Positions 10,164 through 17,564 of a DNA stretch of 63,981 bases are shown here, piece after piece (position 1 is the stretch's first letter; each line of letters begins with the position of its first letter). The notes below the pieces were generated by a model. That model worked only from the letters and a program-made list of their open reading frames with translations, ran no database searches and had not been told where the DNA came from. Position numbers and translations under genes: made by a program. Source of the stretch: Chloroflexota bacterium (GTDB lineage: Bacteria; Chloroflexota; Limnocylindria; Limnocylindrales; CSP1-4); assembly GCA_003152995.1 (NCBI GenBank), contig PMBR01000117.1:1-63981 (forward strand), in the 5' to 3' direction.

Positions 10164-10784
10164 GTGAGCGACAAGTTTGGTCAGGGTGACATCGTCCGAG
10201 TGCTTGAAGGCCCGCACGCGGGTCGCGAGGGTGCGATCTACGATGCGATCGGTATTCCCCACGATCCCTGGATGAGGATGGACGAGGAGGGTCGGCCAGA
10301 GTATCGCGTCTATTTCGGGCTAGAACGTGGCATCGACGCCGGTTGGTTCAGCGACGAGGACCTGGAGATCGTGAGGCCAATGCCCGGAGTGGCATTTCGA
10401 ACCGGGGATCGAGTGCGCATCAGGGCGGAGGCCTACTGGGCCCGGGGCGAGCTCGGGACTGTCAATCCCGGCGCTTGGGCCCCGCCACTCACCCCCCGAG
10501 TCGTACATCGGCGCGAGGGTCCCGTACGGGTACACATGGTCCATCTCGATCATCCGCGGCGCGATGCAAGCGGGGACGGCCCGTACACGGTCGGCTCATT
10601 CGCCGAAGCGGAACTCGAACTGCTGGACGACCCGACGGATTGGGCGCCGGCTTACCCGGCGGCCCGCCTCGCCTCGGAAGGCGGCGCGCTCAAGCAGGTG
10701 ATAGAGAACCCGGGTCTCGGGAGACCCTCAAAAGGCGCGCAGACCGGCGCGACCGGGCCTAAGCGGAATCGACCGCGGACCTAG
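10164..10784 (+). CDS. Hypothetical protein with two KOW/SH3-like GD-V-R-V motifs
   Basis: GTG start giving VSDKFGQGDIVRVLEGPHAG; second motif GDRVRIRAEAYW. Function unknown. Confidence 0.45.
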   Translation: MSDKFGQGDIVRVLEGPHAGREGAIYDAIGIPHDPWMRMDEEGRPEYRVYFGLERGIDAGWFSDEDLEIVRPMPGVAFRTGDRVRIRAEAYWARGELGTVNPGAWAPPLTPRVVHRREGPVRVHMVHLDHPRRDASGDGPYTVGSFAEAELELLDDPTDWAPAYPAARLASEGGALKQVIENPGLGRPSKGAQTGATGPKRNRPRT

Positions 10785-10940
10785 TCAGCGAGGGCACCAA
10801 AATAGCCTAGTCCTGGCGACCTCTGACCAGATTCCGGGCGGTGGGAGAGTCGTCGTCGCCACCATTTGGTCATAGCGTTGCTATCCGAGCGCACCTGAGT
10901 GAGGTATGTGGGTGACCACTCCGCACCCGAGGCGCCCACG

Positions 10941-11876
10941 ATGACCGCTCAACCGCTCCCCGCACTGACCAGCGGAGACCCATCTGCCTGGGACCAGGCC
11001 CTCTACGCCTTCTTGATCGAGAAGGGCAACCGGTCGGGCTCGAAACGCACCGTCGAGTCCTACAGCCGGATGCTCTGGCCGTTCTTCGCCGACCTCGGCA
11101 AGACGCCTGATCGAGTCAAGCCGGCCGACGTCCTGGCCTGGGTGCACGGCATCGGCAAGTCGGGCCGGACCCCTTCGGCAACCACGGTCGGCGCCAGGAT
11201 CGCGTGCCTCTCCTCCCTGTACCGCTTCTTGATCCGGATGGGTCTGGTTGTCTCGAACCCCTGCGACGCCGTCGAACGGCCCAGGGCGGTCCAGTCGGTC
11301 GCTCGGGGTTACAGCGCCGATGAGGTACGTCGGCTCCTTGCCGTCGTCCCCGACACCATTGCCGGCCGGCGCGACCGGGCCATCCTGCTCACCCTCGTCT
11401 TGACCGGGAGACGGCGGGCGGAGGTGATCGGCCTGCGCGCAGGCGACCTGAGTCTGGAGGGGGAGACCACCTTCTACGCCTACCGAGGCAAAGGGGGCAA
11501 GCGAGGACGACGAGAACTCCCCCACCCCGCTTACGAGGCCATCTGCGCAACGCTCGCCGACGCCGGCAAGGAGCTGGCGACCATGGCTCCTGCCGAGTCG
11601 CTCTGGCAAGCGGCTGCTCGGCCGGAGGGAGTCACAAGCGGCACGTTCTACGCCCGCTTCAGACGCTACCTCGCGGCGGCTGGCATGGCCCCGACTGGCA
11701 TCCATGTCCTGCGGCACACCGCTGCCAAGCTGCGACGCGATGCTGGCGAGTCGATCGAGTCGGTCAGCCAGTTCTTGGACCACAGTTCGCTCGCGGTCAC
11801 GAGCGTCTACCTCCGCCGACTCGAGGGTCAGGAGGACCTGACCTGGCGCGAAGTAGCGCAGGCGATCGGGGTCTAG
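10941..11876 (+). CDS. Tyrosine recombinase/integrase (XerC/D-like), copy A
   Basis: TGRRRAEV, HVLRHTAAKL and LAVTSVYL supply the R, H-x-x-R and Y catalytic elements. About 92% aa identity by hand count to 45883..46818. Start ATG 10941 chosen because homology between the copies and the shared MTAQPLPAL begin there. Confidence 0.9.
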   Translation: MTAQPLPALTSGDPSAWDQALYAFLIEKGNRSGSKRTVESYSRMLWPFFADLGKTPDRVKPADVLAWVHGIGKSGRTPSATTVGARIACLSSLYRFLIRMGLVVSNPCDAVERPRAVQSVARGYSADEVRRLLAVVPDTIAGRRDRAILLTLVLTGRRRAEVIGLRAGDLSLEGETTFYAYRGKGGKRGRRELPHPAYEAICATLADAGKELATMAPAESLWQAAARPEGVTSGTFYARFRRYLAAAGMAPTGIHVLRHTAAKLRRDAGESIESVSQFLDHSSLAVTSVYLRRLEGQEDLTWREVAQAIGV

Positions 11877-11898
11877 ATCTACACCCACCCAACGGCGG

Positions 11899-12693
11899 CT
11901 AGAAGAACGGTTCGAACCTGGGAAGCACGTTTCGAGTGACTGCGCTATAGAGGTGGTTGACTACGTCCTCGAGGGGCCAAGCAGACGCCCAAAGCGGCCA
12001 GTCCTCTGCGAACCCCCGAGGGGGCTGCGCCAGCGTTACCTGGATCGCGAAGCGTGCCTGAAGTCCAGATATTGCTGAGTCGATTGGGAGCCAAATCTCA
12101 GCGTCATTCCTGGTGGTGGGAACGGCAAAGCCAGGCTCCGAGGTATCGCCGTCCGGTCGGTTGTAGGTCGCGGAGTCTGGCATCACGAACGAGTAGCCAA
12201 ACAAGATCGTCCGATGTTTCGCCACATTCCAGAGCGTTTCGAGAGTGGCAAGGGCGCGATAAGTGCTCCAGTCGTCCCCATCCTCGCGTCGACTCTCATA
12301 TGGCTGCAACTCTTCGATGATCCGATTGGCGTCGTCGGGAACGGAATCGAGTTTCCTCTTGCTGAGAGCCGTGAAGCCGCCAGATCCATCGGATTGGCGA
12401 CAAATAGGGAAGGCTGAGCCTCTCGAGGGCCCGTCGGGTCGCATCTCGCCGACCAGATAATCGAGGCTTGATCGAAGGTTGTCGATGAAGTCTCCTACGG
12501 TGAGGGCCACGTCGGATGGCACGGGCTCGGGATCATGGGCTCGCCAGATACGGCATTGGACACCATTCCGCTCGCCGATGCCTTCGGTCACCAAGAAGGG
12601 TCTTCGAAGGCGGTACGTGTCCAACTGACGCAGGAGCGATTCACGATGGCGGTTTGCCCATTGGATCTTGAGCACCAATGCTTGAGGGGTCAC
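11899..12693 (-). CDS. Hypothetical cargo protein (264 aa) in the variable slot of module A
   Basis: Start GTG 12693 (or TTG 12696) preceded by GGAGG. The upstream part of the 415-aa track ORF runs through the non-coding repeat. No confident family assignment. Confidence 0.55.
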   Translation of the reverse strand: MTPQALVLKIQWANRHRESLLRQLDTYRLRRPFLVTEGIGERNGVQCRIWRAHDPEPVPSDVALTVGDFIDNLRSSLDYLVGEMRPDGPSRGSAFPICRQSDGSGGFTALSKRKLDSVPDDANRIIEELQPYESRREDGDDWSTYRALATLETLWNVAKHRTILFGYSFVMPDSATYNRPDGDTSEPGFAVPTTRNDAEIWLPIDSAISGLQARFAIQVTLAQPPRGFAEDWPLWASAWPLEDVVNHLYSAVTRNVLPRFEPFF

Positions 12694-12875
12694 CAACCTA
12701 CCCTCCGTCTTGGGGAAACCGCGAGGGTCCGTCGGGCCCCGCTGCCCATCCAGACTACGCCGGCCGGTCTGCAGTTTCCTGTCCGGTGGGCGCGAGTCGG
12801 GGTGCAAGATGGTTGGCAACCATCCCGCGGGAGCAGATAAGCCGCAGCTAAGCGGCGCCTGATACGGTCGCTCCG

Positions 12876-12957
12876 GGTCGGGCTCCGCTCTGTGACCGGG
12901 CCGATGCCGGACGACGGTGAGCGAGCCAGCGAGGCGGCTGCCCCAGGCGTCCCGACC
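12876..12957. repeat. 82-bp conserved repeat, copy 1 (homology to copy 3 extends back to about 12824)
   Basis: ggtcggg...cccgacc termini form a 7-bp inverted repeat. Nearly identical to 47849..47930 except for a cluster of 4 substitutions at about 12937-12945. Confidence 0.85.
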
Positions 12958-12973
12958 CAACCGGCCGGCGTCT

Positions 12974-13189
12974 CTACCGATTGGTATCGCGCAGTCGCCG
13001 GCGAAGCTCGTCGCCGTCCTTGTCGCCGACACTGAGTCTCGGGTCAGGAAAGTACGGGCCCGCAATGACGGTTGCGCCACAGACTGGACAGCGGAACTTC
13101 GGACTGCCACGCAGGTGGCCGGTCTTGCGCACGAACCGATGCCCACTCGGGCAGATCAGCTCCAACTGCTGATCGTCAAAAGGCGCCAA
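12974..13189 (-). CDS. Small zinc-ribbon protein (about 71 aa)
   Basis: TTG at 13189 lies 7 nt after GAGGA. Motif CPSGH...CPVCG. The longer track ORF runs through repeat copy 2. Confidence 0.45.
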   Translation of the reverse strand: MAPFDDQQLELICPSGHRFVRKTGHLRGSPKFRCPVCGATVIAGPYFPDPRLSVGDKDGDELRRRLRDTNR

Positions 13190-13270
13190 ATGCTGATCCT
13201 CTAACGCGGCGCTTGGGTCAGATGAGCCGTCGCGCGAATCTAAGTCCTGGGCAGAAAGCCTATCCGCCCG

Positions 13271-13352
13271 CGTCGAGCTCCGCTCTGGCGCCGGGCCGAT
13301 GCCGGACGACGGTGAGCGAGCCAGCGAGGGTGATGCCGCAGGCGTCCCGACC
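13271..13352. repeat. 82-bp conserved repeat, copy 2 (5' arm degenerate)
   Basis: Matches copies 1 and 3 over 'ctccgctct...gccgggccgatgccggacgacggtgagcgagccagcgagggtgatgccgcaggcgtcccgacc'. Confidence 0.85.
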
Positions 13353-13408
13353 CGTCGGTCCCACAGGGCGGCAGGATCGGACGTGGGCGGTGGTTGCACC
13401 CGCGCGGA

Positions 13409-14329
13409 TCAGGTCGACGAGCCGCCACTCGCAGCGTCTTCGACCCGCAGTCGCCTGCGACGCGCATCCTGGCGCTCCGCGTTCTTCACCTTGCGACAGT
13501 TGGAACACCAGACTGCGTCCGATCTGCGGCGATGTCCGCCGGGGCTACGGTCTGGGAGAAGAGCCCCGCATCTGCGACATGCCGACGGCCGTCCGGAGGT
13601 CGTCATGGCAGAGCGAGCTTGGAGTTGGGCGATTAGCTGAGCGTACGCGTAGCCCAAGAGCGTCAGGCAGCGCACCTCGGGCATTGGTTGAGCCGGAGAC
13701 CAATCTCGCTGATGTATAGGCTTGGCAAGCCAGTCCTCCATCGGAACCCGCAAAGACCAGGTCTCCTCCACGGTGAGGGAGACCCATTCGAGGATCTGCC
13801 ACTCGCCGGTCTCCATGTCGCGCGGCGAGGGCGATGGTCGTCCCGGCTTGAGGTTGAGACCATTGCGGCCCACGTCTAGCGGTCGAAGGTCGGCTAGGGA
13901 GCTCTGCAGCGCGGCTGCCGCCTGGCGTCGAACCGAGTCAAACCGCTCCAGCGTCGAAGCCTTAGAACCTCTGGCTTGAGCCCGTGCCCCAGCCAGCCCG
14001 ACTCGCGCCAAATCCCGCAGGAGCCCAAGGACCAGCGCCTCTGATCGGATCGCGTCGACGATCTCAGCTTTGGGCGTGCCGGACGAAGTCGAGTAGAGCC
14101 CAGTGAAGCGATTAGCGAACCGCTCAACGGCCTGATCGTCGGCATTTGCCAGGTCAACAAGCCGATCGAGCAGCTCCGGGTCACCTTGAAACGGCGGCTC
14201 GTGGAGTCGGCCGTCGGCCACCAGGCAGATGTCGCCGTCAAGTTCAGCCAACCGCCAGCGCCAGCGCTCCAGGAACACTCGGAAGGGGAAACCGAACCAG
14301 TCTGGTAGAAGTGTGTGCGGATCCGTCAC
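13409..14329 (-). CDS. Hypothetical protein with C-terminal zinc ribbon (306 aa)
   Basis: GTG start. C-terminus CRRCGALLP...WCSNCRKV. No family recognised. Confidence 0.55.
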   Translation of the reverse strand: MTDPHTLLPDWFGFPFRVFLERWRWRLAELDGDICLVADGRLHEPPFQGDPELLDRLVDLANADDQAVERFANRFTGLYSTSSGTPKAEIVDAIRSEALVLGLLRDLARVGLAGARAQARGSKASTLERFDSVRRQAAAALQSSLADLRPLDVGRNGLNLKPGRPSPSPRDMETGEWQILEWVSLTVEETWSLRVPMEDWLAKPIHQRDWSPAQPMPEVRCLTLLGYAYAQLIAQLQARSAMTTSGRPSACRRCGALLPDRSPGGHRRRSDAVWCSNCRKVKNAERQDARRRRLRVEDAASGGSST

Positions 14330-14374
14330 CGGCTAATAGTAGAGCCGGGGTCTCCGGCGTCGTAAGTTCGGTCC

Positions 14375-14557
14375 GTGACAGCGGAACGCGTCGGTCGATC
14401 TCGGCGAGCACCTAGCGAAGCCTCTCGCCGACTTGCACGACCCCTCGACCTAGAGCGTGTATGTGCTCCTGACGCGCCGGCTATGGTGGCTGCCCTTCGG
14501 GTGGTTCTAGGCCTTCCGAGACAGCTTCCCGACCGCGGTCAGGGAGGTGCCCGATGA
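14375..14557 (+). CDS. Small conserved ORF translationally coupled to LSR-A
   Basis: Its stop overlaps the LSR start (ATGA). The C-terminal roughly 40 aa, RRLARPLDLERVCAPDAPAMVAALRVVLGLPRQLPD, are conserved with 48812..49027. Many differences are synonymous, including aga/cgc and ctt/ttg. The true start is uncertain. Confidence 0.6.
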   Translation: MTAERVGRSRRAPSEASRRLARPLDLERVCAPDAPAMVAALRVVLGLPRQLPDRGQGGAR

Positions 14558-16212
14558 CGGTGGCGGCAGGGGTCCGGCGAGTCGCGACCTACGAGCGAGT
14601 GAGCAGCGACGACCAGCGCGAGCGCGAGACCATCAAGACCCAGACCGATCAGCTGGATCGCTGGCTCGCTCGCGAGCCCGGTGTCGAGCTCGTTGGCCGG
14701 TACAAGGACGATGGCGTTAGCGGAACCATCGCCCTGCAGGATCGCCCCGGTGGTGGCAGGCTGCTGCGCGACGCGGCGGCGGGACTCTTCACCGAGCTGT
14801 GGGTGTACAAGACCGATCGGCTCGGTCGCGATGCCCCCGACGTCCTCCAGGTGCGTAGGCGACTCTCCTGGCTAGGCATCCGGCTTCTGAGCGAAGCTGA
14901 AGGCGAACAGAGTCCTCTCGCGTTCGACATCCAGACCGTGGTCGACGACTACTCCCGGGTCGAGTTCCTGCGCAAATCTGCCCACGGTATGGCGCGCGCC
15001 GCCCGTGAAGGCCGCTACTGCGGCGGCATCGTCCCCTTCGGCTTCCGAGTCGAGGGCGCCAAGCAGACAGCTCGCCTGGTGCCCGATGAGACGATTGTTT
15101 GGGCCGACAAGAGCGCAGCCGATCTCGTCCGCGATATCTACGAGCGTCTCTCCCTTAGGCGCCAGAGCTGCCGAGCGATTGCCCTCGACTTCAACGTTCT
15201 CGCTATTCCGACTCACTACACACGCGACGGGCGCGGGGTGAGGGGCAAGCTAACGCAGGGTTTGTGGCGGGCGGGTCGTATCCGCAACCTCGTGGTCAAC
15301 CCGGTCTATCGCGGCGAGCTGCAGTACGGCCGGCGGATCGACCAGCGCGGTCCCAAGACCGAGCGTCGTGGTCACGAGATTACCAGCGCTCCCATCGAAG
15401 GCTTGGTCTCCCCTACCCTCTGGCAAGCCGCCCAGGATGCCCTGGCCGCCAACCGCCGCTGCACCAAGAACACCCACAGGGTCTACCTCCTCAAGGGCGT
15501 GATGAAGTGCGGCATCTGCGGCCTGACCTACGGTGGCTCAGCAGGCACGCCCAACAATTGGTATCGCTGCCGCGGACAACTTTCAGATCGCGGTCCGGTG
15601 GTCGGCCGCTGTCCTGGGTATTCGATCCGCGACGATCGGGTCGAACCTGTCATCTGGACCGAGGTGGAAGCCTGGCTGCGCAATCCAGGCGATGTGCTTG
15701 ATGCCCTTGACGGCACCCGCGAACGCGAGGCTGCCGGAGCCATTGCCGAAGCCGAGTCGATCACCCTGCGGCGGGCCCTTGATGGACTCGAAGCTCAGCG
15801 CAAGCAGGCCACTGCCCTCAACATCCGCGGCCGGCTCAGTGATGCGGACCTCGACGCCGAGCTTGATCGCATCGAGATGGAACGAGGGGCGCTGGAAGCC
15901 CGCGTGGCCGCGTCAGAGGCCGCTATGGGCGATCCGCTACCCCAGGAGGCGCACGACTTCCTGACTGAGATCAGAGCCCGCCTGGACGCCGGACTGACCG
16001 ATGAGCAGCGGGCCGAGATCGTCCGCCTCCTCGTGCGCATCGTCATCCACACCGACCTGTCCGGCCCCAAGAAGACCGTCAAGGCCGCAGTGACGTTCCG
16101 CTTTCCCGCTGTAGTTAGTTTCTTCACGGGCATCCGTGAAGAGGTGAACTACACCACCGTGCGCCGGGTGATCGAGTTGCCGGTGGGCCGCCAGAAGGTA
16201 GCGGTGGGATGA
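14554..16212 (+). CDS. Large serine recombinase (LSR-A)
   Basis: Resolvase catalytic motif YERVSSDDQ, followed by recombinase, zinc-ribbon (CGICG...RCRG...GRCPG) and coiled-coil regions. 552 aa. Confidence 0.9.
   Translation: MTVAAGVRRVATYERVSSDDQRERETIKTQTDQLDRWLAREPGVELVGRYKDDGVSGTIALQDRPGGGRLLRDAAAGLFTELWVYKTDRLGRDAPDVLQVRRRLSWLGIRLLSEAEGEQSPLAFDIQTVVDDYSRVEFLRKSAHGMARAAREGRYCGGIVPFGFRVEGAKQTARLVPDETIVWADKSAADLVRDIYERLSLRRQSCRAIALDFNVLAIPTHYTRDGRGVRGKLTQGLWRAGRIRNLVVNPVYRGELQYGRRIDQRGPKTERRGHEITSAPIEGLVSPTLWQAAQDALAANRRCTKNTHRVYLLKGVMKCGICGLTYGGSAGTPNNWYRCRGQLSDRGPVVGRCPGYSIRDDRVEPVIWTEVEAWLRNPGDVLDALDGTREREAAGAIAEAESITLRRALDGLEAQRKQATALNIRGRLSDADLDAELDRIEMERGALEARVAASEAAMGDPLPQEAHDFLTEIRARLDAGLTDEQRAEIVRLLVRIVIHTDLSGPKKTVKAAVTFRFPAVVSFFTGIREEVNYTTVRRVIELPVGRQKVAVG
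16121..16142. other. Perfect palindrome tcttcacgg-gcat-ccgtgaaga; candidate attP-type recombination site inside the LSR-A 3' end
   Basis: 9-bp arms with a 4-bp spacer. The homologous position in LSR-B (50597..50609) keeps only the left arm and spacer, after which comM sequence starts. Confidence 0.55.
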
Positions 16213-17564
16213 GCAGCCTCGAGCGCCTCGGTGACAGTGCTGCAGCCCGCAAGGTGTTTGCGCGTGTCGAAGAGACCGCTCAGGACGGCGTGGTGGCCAT
16301 CAAGCCCGTCGCGCCGCTGCCCGAACCACTCGAAGCGATCGACCTCTCGCAGGTTCGAACCCGACCCATCGACTGGCTGTGGCGCGGCTACATCCCGCTG
16401 CGCAAGCTCACGATCCTCGATGGCGACCCGGGTTTGGGTAAGTCGACGATCCTGCTCGACTTGGCCTCACGTGGCTCGATTGGCGGTGTGGCGCCCACAG
16501 GTGAGCCCCTCGGCGATGCCTTCACGACCATCTACATCACGGTCGAGGACGACGCCGAAGACACGATCCTGCCGCGCATCCTCAAGGCCGGGGGAGACCC
16601 ATCTCGGTTCCACCTGGTCCGGAAGCTCGTCCTGCCCGCGGAGATCGACAGGCTCGAAGAAGCAGCCACAAGGCTGAAGGCTCGACTGATCGTCATCGAT
16701 CCGCTGATGGCCTACCTCGGCGATGGGGTCAAGACCAACGACGACCATCTCGTCCGCCGGGCCCTGGAACCGCTAGCCGAAATGGCTGCTCAACTCGACG
16801 CCGCAGTCGTGGCCATCCGCCACCTGAACAAGCGGGTCGGTGATGACGCGATCTACCGCGGCGGCGGCTCGATCGGGTTCGCGGGACTCGCCCGCAGCGT
16901 CCTAGCCGTTGGTCGCGATCCCGACGACTCCGACCGGATGATCCTTGCGGCCACCAAGCTCAACGTGGCCCGGCGCCCTGCCTCGCTGGCCTACCGGATC
17001 GTCGCCGACGGCGACTACGAGCCGGCCCACATCGCCTGGGACGGAACGTCAGATCGGACCGCCGAAGACCTCATAGGTCGTACCCGAGACGAGGTCGCTG
17101 GACGCTCCAAGACCGGTGACCTCGCCCACGCCATCCGCGAACTCCTCAAGGCGAACGGTGGCTCGATGCCGACCGGCGAGGCGTGCGAGGCCTTGAAGAA
17201 GCAGGGCTTCGACATCAGCTCCCAGGACAACCTCGGGCGGGCTCGGGCCCAAGCCGGCGTCAAGAGTGCCAAGGCGGGATACGCCGGCGGCTGGGTCTGG
17301 TCCTTTTCGTCGTCAGCGGGGAGATCGGAGCCTTCGGTGCCTTCGGAGCCTTGGCAGACCAATCCGTCGAAGACTCCGAAGAGTCCGAAGACACCGACCA
17401 AGACACCGAAGACACCGATTTCCTCCTCTAAGGAAGAACCGGTCTCTTCAACCCCAGAACCATCCCTAGAAGAGGGGGCGGCCACCTTCTGGGAGGACAA
17501 CTCCCTCCTTCAAGGAACGGTCTCCGCCAGTCGCACGAGAACCTTTGAAGGAAGGCCAAGATGA
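16209..17564 (+). CDS. RecA-fold AAA_25/RepA-like ATPase
   Basis: Walker A DGDPGLGKSTILLDLA. ATGA overlap with the LSR-A stop. Lys/Pro/Thr-rich C-terminal tail. Confidence 0.7.
   Translation: MSSLERLGDSAAARKVFARVEETAQDGVVAIKPVAPLPEPLEAIDLSQVRTRPIDWLWRGYIPLRKLTILDGDPGLGKSTILLDLASRGSIGGVAPTGEPLGDAFTTIYITVEDDAEDTILPRILKAGGDPSRFHLVRKLVLPAEIDRLEEAATRLKARLIVIDPLMAYLGDGVKTNDDHLVRRALEPLAEMAAQLDAAVVAIRHLNKRVGDDAIYRGGGSIGFAGLARSVLAVGRDPDDSDRMILAATKLNVARRPASLAYRIVADGDYEPAHIAWDGTSDRTAEDLIGRTRDEVAGRSKTGDLAHAIRELLKANGGSMPTGEACEALKKQGFDISSQDNLGRARAQAGVKSAKAGYAGGWVWSFSSSAGRSEPSVPSEPWQTNPSKTPKSPKTPTKTPKTPISSSKEEPVSSTPEPSLEEGAATFWEDNSLLQGTVSASRTRTFEGRPR

Noticed and set aside
10881-11888. 335-aa minus-strand ORF opposite integrase A, and likewise 46120..46659 opposite integrase B.
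   Set aside because: Antisense ORFs are typical of high-GC DNA. The plus-strand product has full tyrosine-recombinase motifs.
12824-13352. Integron-like reading, with the repeats acting as attC sites.
   Set aside because: The repeats sit 5' of the cargo ORFs rather than 3' of them. There are no RYYYAAC/GTTRRRY cores, and the cargo converges on the integrase. It is retained only as a loose analogy within the repeat finding.
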